NCBI GenBank assembly: GCA_044451945.1
Contig: JBIOKR010000006.1
Span: 8,605-72,604, forward strand
Source of the DNA: Candidatus Lutacidiplasmatales archaeon
Lineage (GTDB): Archaea; Thermoplasmatota; Thermoplasmata; Lutacidiplasmatales; UBA184
Direction: 5' to 3'
Length of the DNA: 64,000 nucleotides
Below, piece by piece: positions 26,123 to 34,517 of this stretch; position 1 is the stretch's first letter, and each line of letters opens with the position of its first letter. The notes below the pieces were generated by a model. It saw only the letters and a list, made by a program, of their open reading frames with translations, did not search any database and was not told where the DNA came from. Position numbers and translations under genes: made by a program.

Positions 26123-27523
26123 ATGGGTGCCTCGAGGGTCGAAGAGGACTCGCTGGGTAAGCGCGAGGTGCCGGCCGAGGCGTACTACGGCATCCAAGCA
26201 CTGAGGGCCTCGGAGAACTTCCCCGTCAGCGGGCTCAAGACCTCTGCGCTGCTGATCCGCTCGTACGCGCTGTTGAAGCTCGCCTGCGCCCGGGCCAACC
26301 TGGAGCTCGGGGGGCTAGACGAAAGGCGCGCGTCGGCGATCGCGAAGGCGGCCGAGGAGATGGCCGACGGCCGGTTCAACGCGCAGGTGATCGTCGACGT
26401 CTTCCAGGCCGGAGCGGGAACGTCCTTGCACATGAACGTGAATGAGATCCTCGCCAACCGGGCGCTAGAGATCCTCGGCAAACCCCGAGGTTCCTACGGG
26501 GATCTGAGCCCGAACGATCACACGAACCGCGGCCAGTCGACGAACGACACGTTCCCCTCCGCGGCCCAGGTCGCCACCCTCCTCGGGTTCGTCCGCCTGC
26601 GCTCCTCGCTCGGCACGCTCATCGAAAGCCTCCGACGGAAGGGGGTGGAGTTCCGGGACCTCCCGAAGGCCGGCCGCACTCACCTCAAGGACGCCATGCC
26701 GGTGACGCTCGGCGCCGAGTTCGAAGCGTATGCAGCGGCCCTTGAGCGCCTGCTATCGCTGCTCCCGCCGATCGAATCCGCTCTCGGCGAGATCCCCCTC
26801 GGGGGCAGCGCGGTGGGCAGCGGGATCAACTCCCTGCCGGGATTCCGGAAGCGCTCGGTGGAGCTCTACGCGCAGCTCTCTGGAGTCCCGCTGCGCGTCG
26901 CGAGGGACCCGTTCGAGACGATGCAGAGCCGCTGGCCGCTCGGCGCGGCGGCCGGATGGCTCAAGCTGCTCGCGGGGGAGCTCGGCCGCGTCGCCAACGA
27001 CCTTCGCCTGCTCTCGAGCGGTCCCGCGACCGGCTTTGACGAGATCCGCCTCCCCGAGATCCAGCCGGGATCGTCGATCATGCCGGCGAAGGTGAACCCG
27101 TCCGCCGCCGAGTGCCTCAACATGCTCTGCTTCCACGTCGTCGGGGCGGAGCTCGCGACCTCGCTCGCGGTCCAGGCCGGGCAGCTCGAGATCAACGTGA
27201 TGATGCCGCTCGCCGCGTACGAGGTCCTCTTCTCGAGCGAGGCGCTTTCGAACTACCTGCCCGTCTTCGCGAAGAGCTGCGTCGACGGGATCACCGCCAA
27301 TCCGCAGGCGATGGAGGACTACCTCCTCGATTCAACGGCGCTCGCGACGGTCCTCACGCCGAAGCTCGGGTACAAGAAGGTCGCCGAGGTGATCCACGAG
27401 TCCTCCCGGACCGGCCATTCCGTCAAGGAGATCCTGCTGAGGGATCATCTCCTGACGCCGGCGGAGCTCGAGACCTTGCTAGGTCCCGAAGCGCTGCGCC
27501 GCCTCGCACGGCCGGTCCCGTGA
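26123..27523 (+). CDS. class II fumarase/aspartase-family lyase (AspA-like)
   Basis: 466 aa. Family signature GSSIMPAKVNP, plus QSTNDTFPSA and N-terminal EAYYGIQALRASENF, which leans toward aspartate ammonia-lyase over FumC (not decisive). Confidence 0.85.
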   Translation: MGASRVEEDSLGKREVPAEAYYGIQALRASENFPVSGLKTSALLIRSYALLKLACARANLELGGLDERRASAIAKAAEEMADGRFNAQVIVDVFQAGAGTSLHMNVNEILANRALEILGKPRGSYGDLSPNDHTNRGQSTNDTFPSAAQVATLLGFVRLRSSLGTLIESLRRKGVEFRDLPKAGRTHLKDAMPVTLGAEFEAYAAALERLLSLLPPIESALGEIPLGGSAVGSGINSLPGFRKRSVELYAQLSGVPLRVARDPFETMQSRWPLGAAAGWLKLLAGELGRVANDLRLLSSGPATGFDEIRLPEIQPGSSIMPAKVNPSAAECLNMLCFHVVGAELATSLAVQAGQLEINVMMPLAAYEVLFSSEALSNYLPVFAKSCVDGITANPQAMEDYLLDSTALATVLTPKLGYKKVAEVIHESSRTGHSVKEILLRDHLLTPAELETLLGPEALRRLARPVP

Positions 27524-27578
27524 ACGATCGCTCCTGGCACGCCAGACGAAAGGTAATGCGACCATCGATTCTGGGGTC

Positions 27579-28334
27579 GTGATGCCGACCGTCGAGGAGG
27601 CCGCGGCGACCCTCGGCAGCGAGGTCTCCCAGGAGTACCGAAAGGCCGTCGAAGTCCTGAGCAAGGTCGGGCTCACCCTCTACGAGGCGAAGGCATACAT
27701 CGCGCTCGTGGCGAGGGGCGGCGGTGACGCCCCGACGCTCGCCGAGAGCGCGGGGATCCCCCGGACCTCATCGTACAAGGTGCTCGAGTCGCTCACCGCG
27801 AAAGGGTATGCGAGCCCCTCGGGAGGGAAGCCGATCCTATTCCGCCCGAAGCCTCCGCTCGAGGTCGCAGAGTCCCTCAAGAGCGCGATCCAGGATGTCT
27901 TCGAAAAGCTCGAGCTGCTCCACAAGGTCGTCGCCGACCACGGCGAGCCCCAGCTGGTCTACCTGTTGAGCGGCCGGGCCAAGGTCGTCGCCAAGATCGG
28001 GGAGCTCCTCGACCGCTCGACCAAGACGTTCATCCTCACGACGCCCCAGCTCTCCGAGATCCGCGACGAGCTCGGGAAGAAGGTGGCGCACGCCGTCAAG
28101 CGCGGCGTCGAGATCACGTTCGTCTCCGGCCCTCTCCAGAGGGTGCCGGAGGGGGTTAGGCTCATTGCCCGCCCGACGCTGCTCGCCACGGAAGTGCTCG
28201 CGGACGGCGAGCACGCCCTGCTCGCGGCCCCGGGCCTCGATGCGTGCGGGTTCACCGACAACCCGATCCTGACCGCCCATCTCAAGCAGTTCTTGGACGT
28301 CGTGCTCGAGAAAGGCCAAGAAGCGTCGGCGTGA
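27579..28334 (+). CDS. TrmB-family transcriptional regulator
   Basis: N-terminal wHTH LTLYEAKAYIALVARGGGDAPTLAESAGIPRTSSYKVLESLTAKGYA and a TrmB-like C-terminal domain. AT-rich box GAAAGGTAATG (27548-27558) lies about 27 nt upstream. Confidence 0.8.
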   Translation: MMPTVEEAAATLGSEVSQEYRKAVEVLSKVGLTLYEAKAYIALVARGGGDAPTLAESAGIPRTSSYKVLESLTAKGYASPSGGKPILFRPKPPLEVAESLKSAIQDVFEKLELLHKVVADHGEPQLVYLLSGRAKVVAKIGELLDRSTKTFILTTPQLSEIRDELGKKVAHAVKRGVEITFVSGPLQRVPEGVRLIARPTLLATEVLADGEHALLAAPGLDACGFTDNPILTAHLKQFLDVVLEKGQEASA

Positions 28335-28347
28335 CGGTTGCATAGCC

Positions 28348-29229
28348 GTGGCCGAACGCCGGGGTCCCAAGCGCTCGCCGGTCGAGCGGGTCCGCGAGCG
28401 CGTGGCGAGGGAGGTCGGGGATTCGGTCGCCCGCGCGATCCCCGACGGCTACCAGCGGCTCGGCCGGGTGCTTCTCCTGAGGCTTCCCCCGTCGCTCCTC
28501 CGGCACCACGCGCTCATCGGCGAGGCGTGGCGGGAGGCTCTCGGGGTGGAGACGGTCCTCGTGCGCACGGGTCCGGTCGGCGGCGAGTTCCGGCGGCCGA
28601 CGGTCGAGCGCGTCGCCGGGGGCCCGACCGAGACCGAGGTGCAGGAGAATTCGGTGCGCTACCGTTTCGACGCCGCCCGAATCATGTTCGCGAAAGGCAA
28701 CGGGGACGAGCGGCGCCGGATCTCCTCCCTCGTGCGGCCCGGAGAGACCGTCGTCGACCTGTTCGCCGGTATCGGCTACTTCACGCTGCCCATCGCCGTC
28801 CGGTCGCGCGCCGAACGGGTCATCGCGGTGGAGGCCAACCCCGTCGCATTCCGGTACCTGGAGGAGAACGTCGAGCGCAACCACGTGCGGTCCCGGGTGA
28901 CAACGTACCTCGGCGACAACCGGAGCGCCCCGTTGCCGACGGGCATCGCCGACCGTGTCGTCCTGGGTTACCTCCCGTCCTCCCTACCGTGGCTCGCCAG
29001 GGCGCTCGAGCTCCTGAAACCGGCCGGCGGTTGGCTCCACGTCCACGAGCTCGCCGAGGTCCGGGCGCCTCTCTCCGCTGCGGAGGCCGAGCTGGTCCAA
29101 GCACTCGAGCAGCGGGGAGCTCTGGTGCGCTCGGTGAAAGCGCTGCTTGTCAAGCCGTATGGGCCGGGACGCAACCACCTCGTGCTCGACGCTTCCTTGG
29201 GCGGCTCCGGGTTGGCCCCGGGTAGCTGA
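28348..29229 (+). CDS. Met-10+/Trm5-TYW2-family SAM-dependent tRNA methyltransferase (Trm5 or Taw2)
   Basis: 293 aa. Class I MTase motif I ETVVDLFAGIGYFTLPIA, followed by AVEANP and the C-terminal layout typical of Trm5/Taw2. GTG start. Confidence 0.8.
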   Translation: MAERRGPKRSPVERVRERVAREVGDSVARAIPDGYQRLGRVLLLRLPPSLLRHHALIGEAWREALGVETVLVRTGPVGGEFRRPTVERVAGGPTETEVQENSVRYRFDAARIMFAKGNGDERRRISSLVRPGETVVDLFAGIGYFTLPIAVRSRAERVIAVEANPVAFRYLEENVERNHVRSRVTTYLGDNRSAPLPTGIADRVVLGYLPSSLPWLARALELLKPAGGWLHVHELAEVRAPLSAAEAELVQALEQRGALVRSVKALLVKPYGPGRNHLVLDASLGGSGLAPGS

Positions 29230-29274
29230 GGCAGCCGGACTATCCCTCACGGGAGGTGTCGTCGGGGAGCCTGC

Positions 29275-32235
29275 CTACTCGCCAGTCGGCGGCGGGGGCT
29301 CGACCCAATCGCCCGTTTCGCTCGCCGGTGAGGTGGGGGGACGGCGTCTCAGAAGGAGAATCGCCGCGATGACGGCGACCGCGGCCAACGCCGCAATCAC
29401 GCCGAGGTAGAGCACGAACCCGCCCGCCCCATTCGACGGGGACGAGAGTTGCGGTGCCGGGGCCAAAACGCGGAGGGGGAACACGCTGCTCGAGACGCGG
29501 TCACCGAGGGCGTCGACGACGGTCACACTCACGCTGAAGTTGCCGCTGCCCGTCGGCTGGCATTCGATGGTCGACTGGTTGCCGGCGGCACATCCGGGCG
29601 GCAATCCCGACCACTCATACGTGTACGGGGAGAACCCGCCGGTCGCCGTAGCCTGGAGCGTGATCCCCGCTCCGACGTTCGCGCTGCTGACGTTCGCTGT
29701 CACGGCCGCGGTGAGCGGCGCGCCCACGACGACGTCGAGCGACTTGGAGACCTGGGTCGACAGGGCGTCGACCATCGTGACCACCACGAGGTAACCCCCG
29801 GCCCTGGCGAAGGTGTGCTCGATCGAGGCGGGCGCACTGACGACCGTGGAGTTGCCGAACGACCAGCGGAACGACAGGGGAGGCACGCCACCGACCGGTC
29901 CCGCGGTCAGCGTCACATTGAACGGGGCGAGTCCCCGGGGCGCGGAGGCGGAGAGCGTGAGCGCAGGATGCGCGGCGACGACCACGGTAAGGTTGTGCCG
30001 GGCGCTCTGGTGGCTTTGGTCCTCGACGAGGAGGCTGACGTTGAACGTCCCAGCCGTCGTGAACGTCACGGAGGGGCTCGGGTCGGTCGACGCGGGGACT
30101 CCGGGACCGAAGCTCCAGTTGTACGAGAAGGGGCCAAGCCCGCCGGCGACCACGGAGCTGAACAGGACGGCCAACGGGCCGTACCCCGAGGTCGGCGATG
30201 CACTCGCCGAAAGCTCCAGGGGAGAGACGACATCGACGGAGACGGCCCGGGTGACCCGGTCCCCACCGACGTCCGTGACCGTGGCGACCGCCGTGTAATT
30301 CCCGACGGTCCGATAGGTGTGCGACACCGACGCGGAAGAGGATCCGGGAAGGCCATCGCCGAACGCCCACCCATAGGTATAGGGGGACTCCCCGGCGCTC
30401 GCCGAGGCGTTGAACGGTACCGTCAGGGGCGCGACTCCTACCATCGTCGATGGGGTGACGGAGAGGTTGAGCGGCCCGAAGACCGAGACCGAGCCGGAGC
30501 TGTTCAAGTAGTCGTGGGCGGAATCGGTGACGTTGAGCGACCAGTTGTAGTCCCCCTTCGCGCGATACGTGTGGGTCACCTTGGCGAGCGCGCTCGAGCT
30601 CCCGTCGCCGAAGCTCCACTTGAGGGAGTAGGGCGCGTAGCCGCCAGCAACGTGCGACGTGAAGTTCACCGCGAGCGGGGCGTCGCCGCCCGCCGGTGCC
30701 GAGCTCGAGTTGCCGACGAGCGGTCCGACGACCGTGATCAAGAACTCGGTCGACCCGCTCAGGCTGCGCGCGTCGTCGATCTCGAGGCTCGCGAGGAAAG
30801 TCCCGCCGGTGGTGTAGCTGTGGGTGGCGTTCTCGGTCGTCGCATTCGTTGACCCGTCCCCGAACGACCAGTTGTACCGGAACGGTCCCTGGCCCCTTTC
30901 GGCGGTCGAGTTGAACGTCGTCTTCAACGGGGCGCCCCCGACGATCGGGGCGGCCGTCGCATTGAGCTCCACGCCCGAGATGAACAGCCACGTGTCGGTT
31001 CCGAAGCTGTTCGACCCCCCGACGGAGTTCTCGTTACCGGAGAAGGTGACGTCGGCTCCCATCTGGGAGTCGTAGGCGAACTCCGCGGCCCAGCGGCCCG
31101 GGGGAGCCGTGCCGACGTACGAAGTGATCTGGGTCCACTTGAGGCCTTTGAACAGCCATGTCTCCTGCGTCACCGAACCGTACGCCGAGGTGTAGCCGCT
31201 GAAGATGACGACGCCGCCCTGATTCGGGTCGAAGACGCCTACGTCGGTCCCTTCGAGGGCGGAGGGACGAGTCGTCTGGTTCTTGCTCATGTTCCAGAAC
31301 TTTCCGCCGTGGTAGGCCCAGGTGAGCCCGTGCGAGGTTCCCCCGCTGTCCGTCCCGGCGAAGTAGAGCACGATCGAGTCGCCCGGGTCGTCGTAGGCGA
31401 AGAAGCCTCCCATCGGGAGCGTGCCCTTCGTCTTCGAGGAGACGTCCTTCCAGGCCCCGTTCGTGAACTCCCACTCCTCCAGGGTGGAACTTCCCACCCC
31501 CGCGTTCGACAGCCAGACGTAGCCGTCCGAGCTGTCGTAGACGAGGGCGTTGGCGGCGTCCCGAGGAGAGGGGGCGACGACAAGGTTGAGTTGGTTCCAC
31601 CCCGAGGCGTTGAACGTCCAGGTGTCGTTGAGGGCGCACGTGGAACAGATGGAGATGAAGTTCGTCTGGCCGCCGAAGAGCAGGAGGGAGTCGAGCTGCG
31701 GGTCCCAGACGAGCCCAGCCCCCCAGCGGGCGGACGGCTCGGTCCCCACCGAACTGCTGACGTCGGTCCAGTTGCCGTCGACGAACTCCCAGGTGTCTCC
31801 AAGGGGGTTCCCGTAGGTGTCCTGTCCCCCGAACATCACCACGGCGTTGAGGAGGGGGTCGTAGGCGAGCGTCGAGGCTTGCCGGGCTCCGGGGGTGTTC
31901 GTGGAGTTCGTCCAATCCGTCCAATTGCCGTAGACGATCGAGCTCTTCGCGTTCGGCCGGGCGCTGAACGAAAGCCCGCTCCCCAAGGGAGCCGGTCGGG
32001 CGCCGGATCGAGGAGCGAGTGGGCCGGACGGCGCGACGCGAGTAGGGAGGCCGGCCCGTTCGCCCCTTGGCACGTGCGGATGCCCCGGCCCCAGCGCCGG
32101 AGAATGGGCCGGAGAGACCCCGGTAGTCGTCGGCAGGCCGACCATCAGTAGGCAAACCAACGCCGAGGCAACGGCGGCAACCATCGTGCCTGGGGCGGGA
32201 CGCCGCGGCTTCACGGTCCCCGGCTCGAGTAACAT
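29275..32235 (-). CDS. large surface protein: Kelch-type beta-propeller + tandem PKD domains + C-terminal TM anchor
   Basis: Signal/anchor MVAAVASALVCLLMVGL. Kelch-like blades (MFGGQDTYGN, LLFGGQTN, VIFSGYTS). About six PKD-like repeats marked by [NKGR]W[SA]FG[DPN]G. C-terminal LYLGVIAALAAVAVIAAILLLRRR. ATG 32235 chosen. Confidence 0.8.
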   Translation of the reverse strand: MLLEPGTVKPRRPAPGTMVAAVASALVCLLMVGLPTTTGVSPAHSPALGPGHPHVPRGERAGLPTRVAPSGPLAPRSGARPAPLGSGLSFSARPNAKSSIVYGNWTDWTNSTNTPGARQASTLAYDPLLNAVVMFGGQDTYGNPLGDTWEFVDGNWTDVSSSVGTEPSARWGAGLVWDPQLDSLLLFGGQTNFISICSTCALNDTWTFNASGWNQLNLVVAPSPRDAANALVYDSSDGYVWLSNAGVGSSTLEEWEFTNGAWKDVSSKTKGTLPMGGFFAYDDPGDSIVLYFAGTDSGGTSHGLTWAYHGGKFWNMSKNQTTRPSALEGTDVGVFDPNQGGVVIFSGYTSAYGSVTQETWLFKGLKWTQITSYVGTAPPGRWAAEFAYDSQMGADVTFSGNENSVGGSNSFGTDTWLFISGVELNATAAPIVGGAPLKTTFNSTAERGQGPFRYNWSFGDGSTNATTENATHSYTTGGTFLASLEIDDARSLSGSTEFLITVVGPLVGNSSSAPAGGDAPLAVNFTSHVAGGYAPYSLKWSFGDGSSSALAKVTHTYRAKGDYNWSLNVTDSAHDYLNSSGSVSVFGPLNLSVTPSTMVGVAPLTVPFNASASAGESPYTYGWAFGDGLPGSSSASVSHTYRTVGNYTAVATVTDVGGDRVTRAVSVDVVSPLELSASASPTSGYGPLAVLFSSVVAGGLGPFSYNWSFGPGVPASTDPSPSVTFTTAGTFNVSLLVEDQSHQSARHNLTVVVAAHPALTLSASAPRGLAPFNVTLTAGPVGGVPPLSFRWSFGNSTVVSAPASIEHTFARAGGYLVVVTMVDALSTQVSKSLDVVVGAPLTAAVTANVSSANVGAGITLQATATGGFSPYTYEWSGLPPGCAAGNQSTIECQPTGSGNFSVSVTVVDALGDRVSSSVFPLRVLAPAPQLSSPSNGAGGFVLYLGVIAALAAVAVIAAILLLRRRPPTSPASETGDWVEPPPPTGE

Positions 32236-32497
32236 GGTCTCATGAGCCTTTTGGGGAGGTCTCGGCAGGGGGCTTTCCGCGGTTACGCGGTCGGGCAACC
32301 CGCTCCTCCGCGAGCGGTCGGGGGGCGAGGTAGCGGGTGCAGGTGCGTACCCGACATAGCGCCGGTCCCCGGAGGGTGGGGTGGGGACCGACCTTGGCCG
32401 CCGAGACTGGGTGGGTCACGACCCTCGGGCTCTCTTCGGGACGTCGAATCCATCCATGTTCGACGGTCGGCGGCCGACGCGGTCTCCTGTTGCGAGC

Positions 32498-33628
32498 CTA
32501 CGAGCGGGCCGGGGCTTCTACGGGCCGGCCCTTCCGAAGGGCCGCGATCGCGAGGGGGAACGCCTCGACGAAGCGTGCGACATCCTTGGGCGGGTTGGAG
32601 AAGGAGAGCCGCACGAATCGGCCGCCGAACTTCGGAGAGAGGTAGTCGCCAGCGCGAACGAAGACCTGGTGGCGCTCGAGGAGTTCGCGCTGCAGGGCCT
32701 CCGGAGCGATGCCGGTCTTCTCGATGTCGATGACGAACATGTTCGCCTGGGAGGGGAAGACGAGGAGGTGCGTGTCCGGGACCTGGGCGACTGCGGAACG
32801 GATCGCCTCCTGGTTCTTCCGGCTCTGGGCACGAACGGTCGGGAACCATTCCTTCTTCGTCCGCAGGGCGGCGACCGCGGCGACCTGCGCGAAGATGTTG
32901 ACCCCCAGGTCGTTCGTGTTGTAGCGGCCGATCTTCTGCGACATCTCCGTCGGAGCGCAGACGCCCCCGAGGCGCATTCCGGCGAGGCCGCAGTTCTTCG
33001 ATACCGACCATACGGTCAGCGTCTCCTCCGGGGCGAAGCGGGCGGCGAGGGTGTGGGTCTCCGCGAAATCACGGTACGTCACGTCGTTGAGAAGCAGGAG
33101 GTGCCGGTCGTGGGCGATCTCGGCGATCGCCCGGACCTCGGACTCCGGGTACCCCGAGCCGAGCGGGTTCAACGGATCGATCAGGAGGATCATCCGGGTC
33201 TTGTCGGTGACCGCCTCGTTCACCCGGTCGGCGGTGAGTCGCCAGGGGGCGCTGTAGATGGGCAGATTGACGGTGCGCGCGCCCGACAGTTCGATGAACC
33301 GGTGGATGATGAGGTAGCTCGGGTCGGAAGCGATCACCTCATCGCCCGGCGAGAGCAGCGCTCGGGCGCTCATGTAGAGGGATTCGGTCCCGCCCGCGGT
33401 CACCAGGCAGGGACTCCCGGCGGGGAACCCGAGGTCCCCCAGCACGAGCGACTTGAGCTCGGGAAGGCCGGAGGCGAACGGGTAGCCTTCGTAGCGGTGC
33501 TCGCGCAGCGCCTGCTGGATGGCGCCCTCGATGACGCTCGGCGGAACCAGGTGGTTCGTGTTCTGGCTCAGCCAAGCGACCTCATGGTATCGGTCGTGGG
33601 CGTATCGGAAGGCATCGAACGCCGGCAT
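32498..33628 (-). CDS. class I/II pyridoxal-phosphate-dependent aminotransferase
   Basis: 376 aa. DPLNPLGSGY, NDVTYRDF and PLP-lysine motif SVSKNCGLAGMRLG. Confidence 0.85.
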   Translation of the reverse strand: MPAFDAFRYAHDRYHEVAWLSQNTNHLVPPSVIEGAIQQALREHRYEGYPFASGLPELKSLVLGDLGFPAGSPCLVTAGGTESLYMSARALLSPGDEVIASDPSYLIIHRFIELSGARTVNLPIYSAPWRLTADRVNEAVTDKTRMILLIDPLNPLGSGYPESEVRAIAEIAHDRHLLLLNDVTYRDFAETHTLAARFAPEETLTVWSVSKNCGLAGMRLGGVCAPTEMSQKIGRYNTNDLGVNIFAQVAAVAALRTKKEWFPTVRAQSRKNQEAIRSAVAQVPDTHLLVFPSQANMFVIDIEKTGIAPEALQRELLERHQVFVRAGDYLSPKFGGRFVRLSFSNPPKDVARFVEAFPLAIAALRKGRPVEAPARS

Positions 33629-33713
33629 CGGGCTCCCAGCGCTGTTCGGCCCGCGGCCAATTAACGCCTTTGGGTCGTCGGACTGCGAGGGGGGATTGAC
33701 CCCTTGCGCACCC

Positions 33714-34493
33714 TCAGCGGGCGACCTCGGCGAAGAAGCTCGTGACGATCCCGAACGACTGGCGAGATGCGACCGCTTGGTCGTACCCCGCTTCGCGCAA
33801 CAGCTCGAGCATCCGGGGGGTCGCGGGAAGGTGGCGCAGCGACTCCGGCAGGTACCGGTAGGGTCCGGCGCTCTTGACCGCCGCCCCGAGCCACGGGACG
33901 ACCCGGTCGAAGTAGGCGTGGAACATCGAGCCGATGAGCGCTGAGGGGGGCTCGGTGATCTCGAGGGTGAGGAGAGTGCCCCCCGGGGTGAGCACCCGGC
34001 GGAGCTCCCGGAACGCCAGAGGGAGGCTCGGGAGGTTGCGGGCGACGAACGCCGACATCACCACATCGAAGGAGGCGGAGCGGAACGGCAGGTGGAGCGC
34101 GCTCGCGCCGGCGAAGTCGACCTGTCCAGGGCGATGCCCGTCGCCGGTGAGCTCTGTCGCTCTCTGGAGCATCGCGGGCGTGAAGTCCGCCCCGACGACC
34201 CTCGCACTAGGGAACCGGCGCGCCGCCTGTCGTGTCAGGTCGCCGGTCCCGCAGCCGATGTCGAGGATGCGGCGCGTGGGGCGGTCCGACCGGCGCCGCT
34301 CGAGATCCCAGAGCGCCCGGGGACGCCAGAGATAATCGTTGCCGAGCGACGCGACATGGTCGAACCAGTCGTAGCGGACGGCGATGTGGGTGAACATCGC
34401 CCGGACGTCGCGCTCGAAGGTTGGACGGTTGCGGTCGGGGTACGGCGAGCCGTCGCTTGCCGTGCGGTCCGCCCGCGGGATCGAACCGGCCAC
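33714..34493 (-). CDS. ubiE: demethylmenaquinone/ubiquinone C-methyltransferase (UbiE/MenG family)
   Basis: YDWFDHVASLGNDYLWR plus SAM motif ILDIGCGTGDL and FDVVMSAFVARNL, as in UbiE/MenG. GTG start. Confidence 0.85.
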   Translation of the reverse strand: MAGSIPRADRTASDGSPYPDRNRPTFERDVRAMFTHIAVRYDWFDHVASLGNDYLWRPRALWDLERRRSDRPTRRILDIGCGTGDLTRQAARRFPSARVVGADFTPAMLQRATELTGDGHRPGQVDFAGASALHLPFRSASFDVVMSAFVARNLPSLPLAFRELRRVLTPGGTLLTLEITEPPSALIGSMFHAYFDRVVPWLGAAVKSAGPYRYLPESLRHLPATPRMLELLREAGYDQAVASRQSFGIVTSFFAEVAR

Positions 34494-34517
34494 GGAGTAT
34501 CGAGGGGGACGGCGGGT

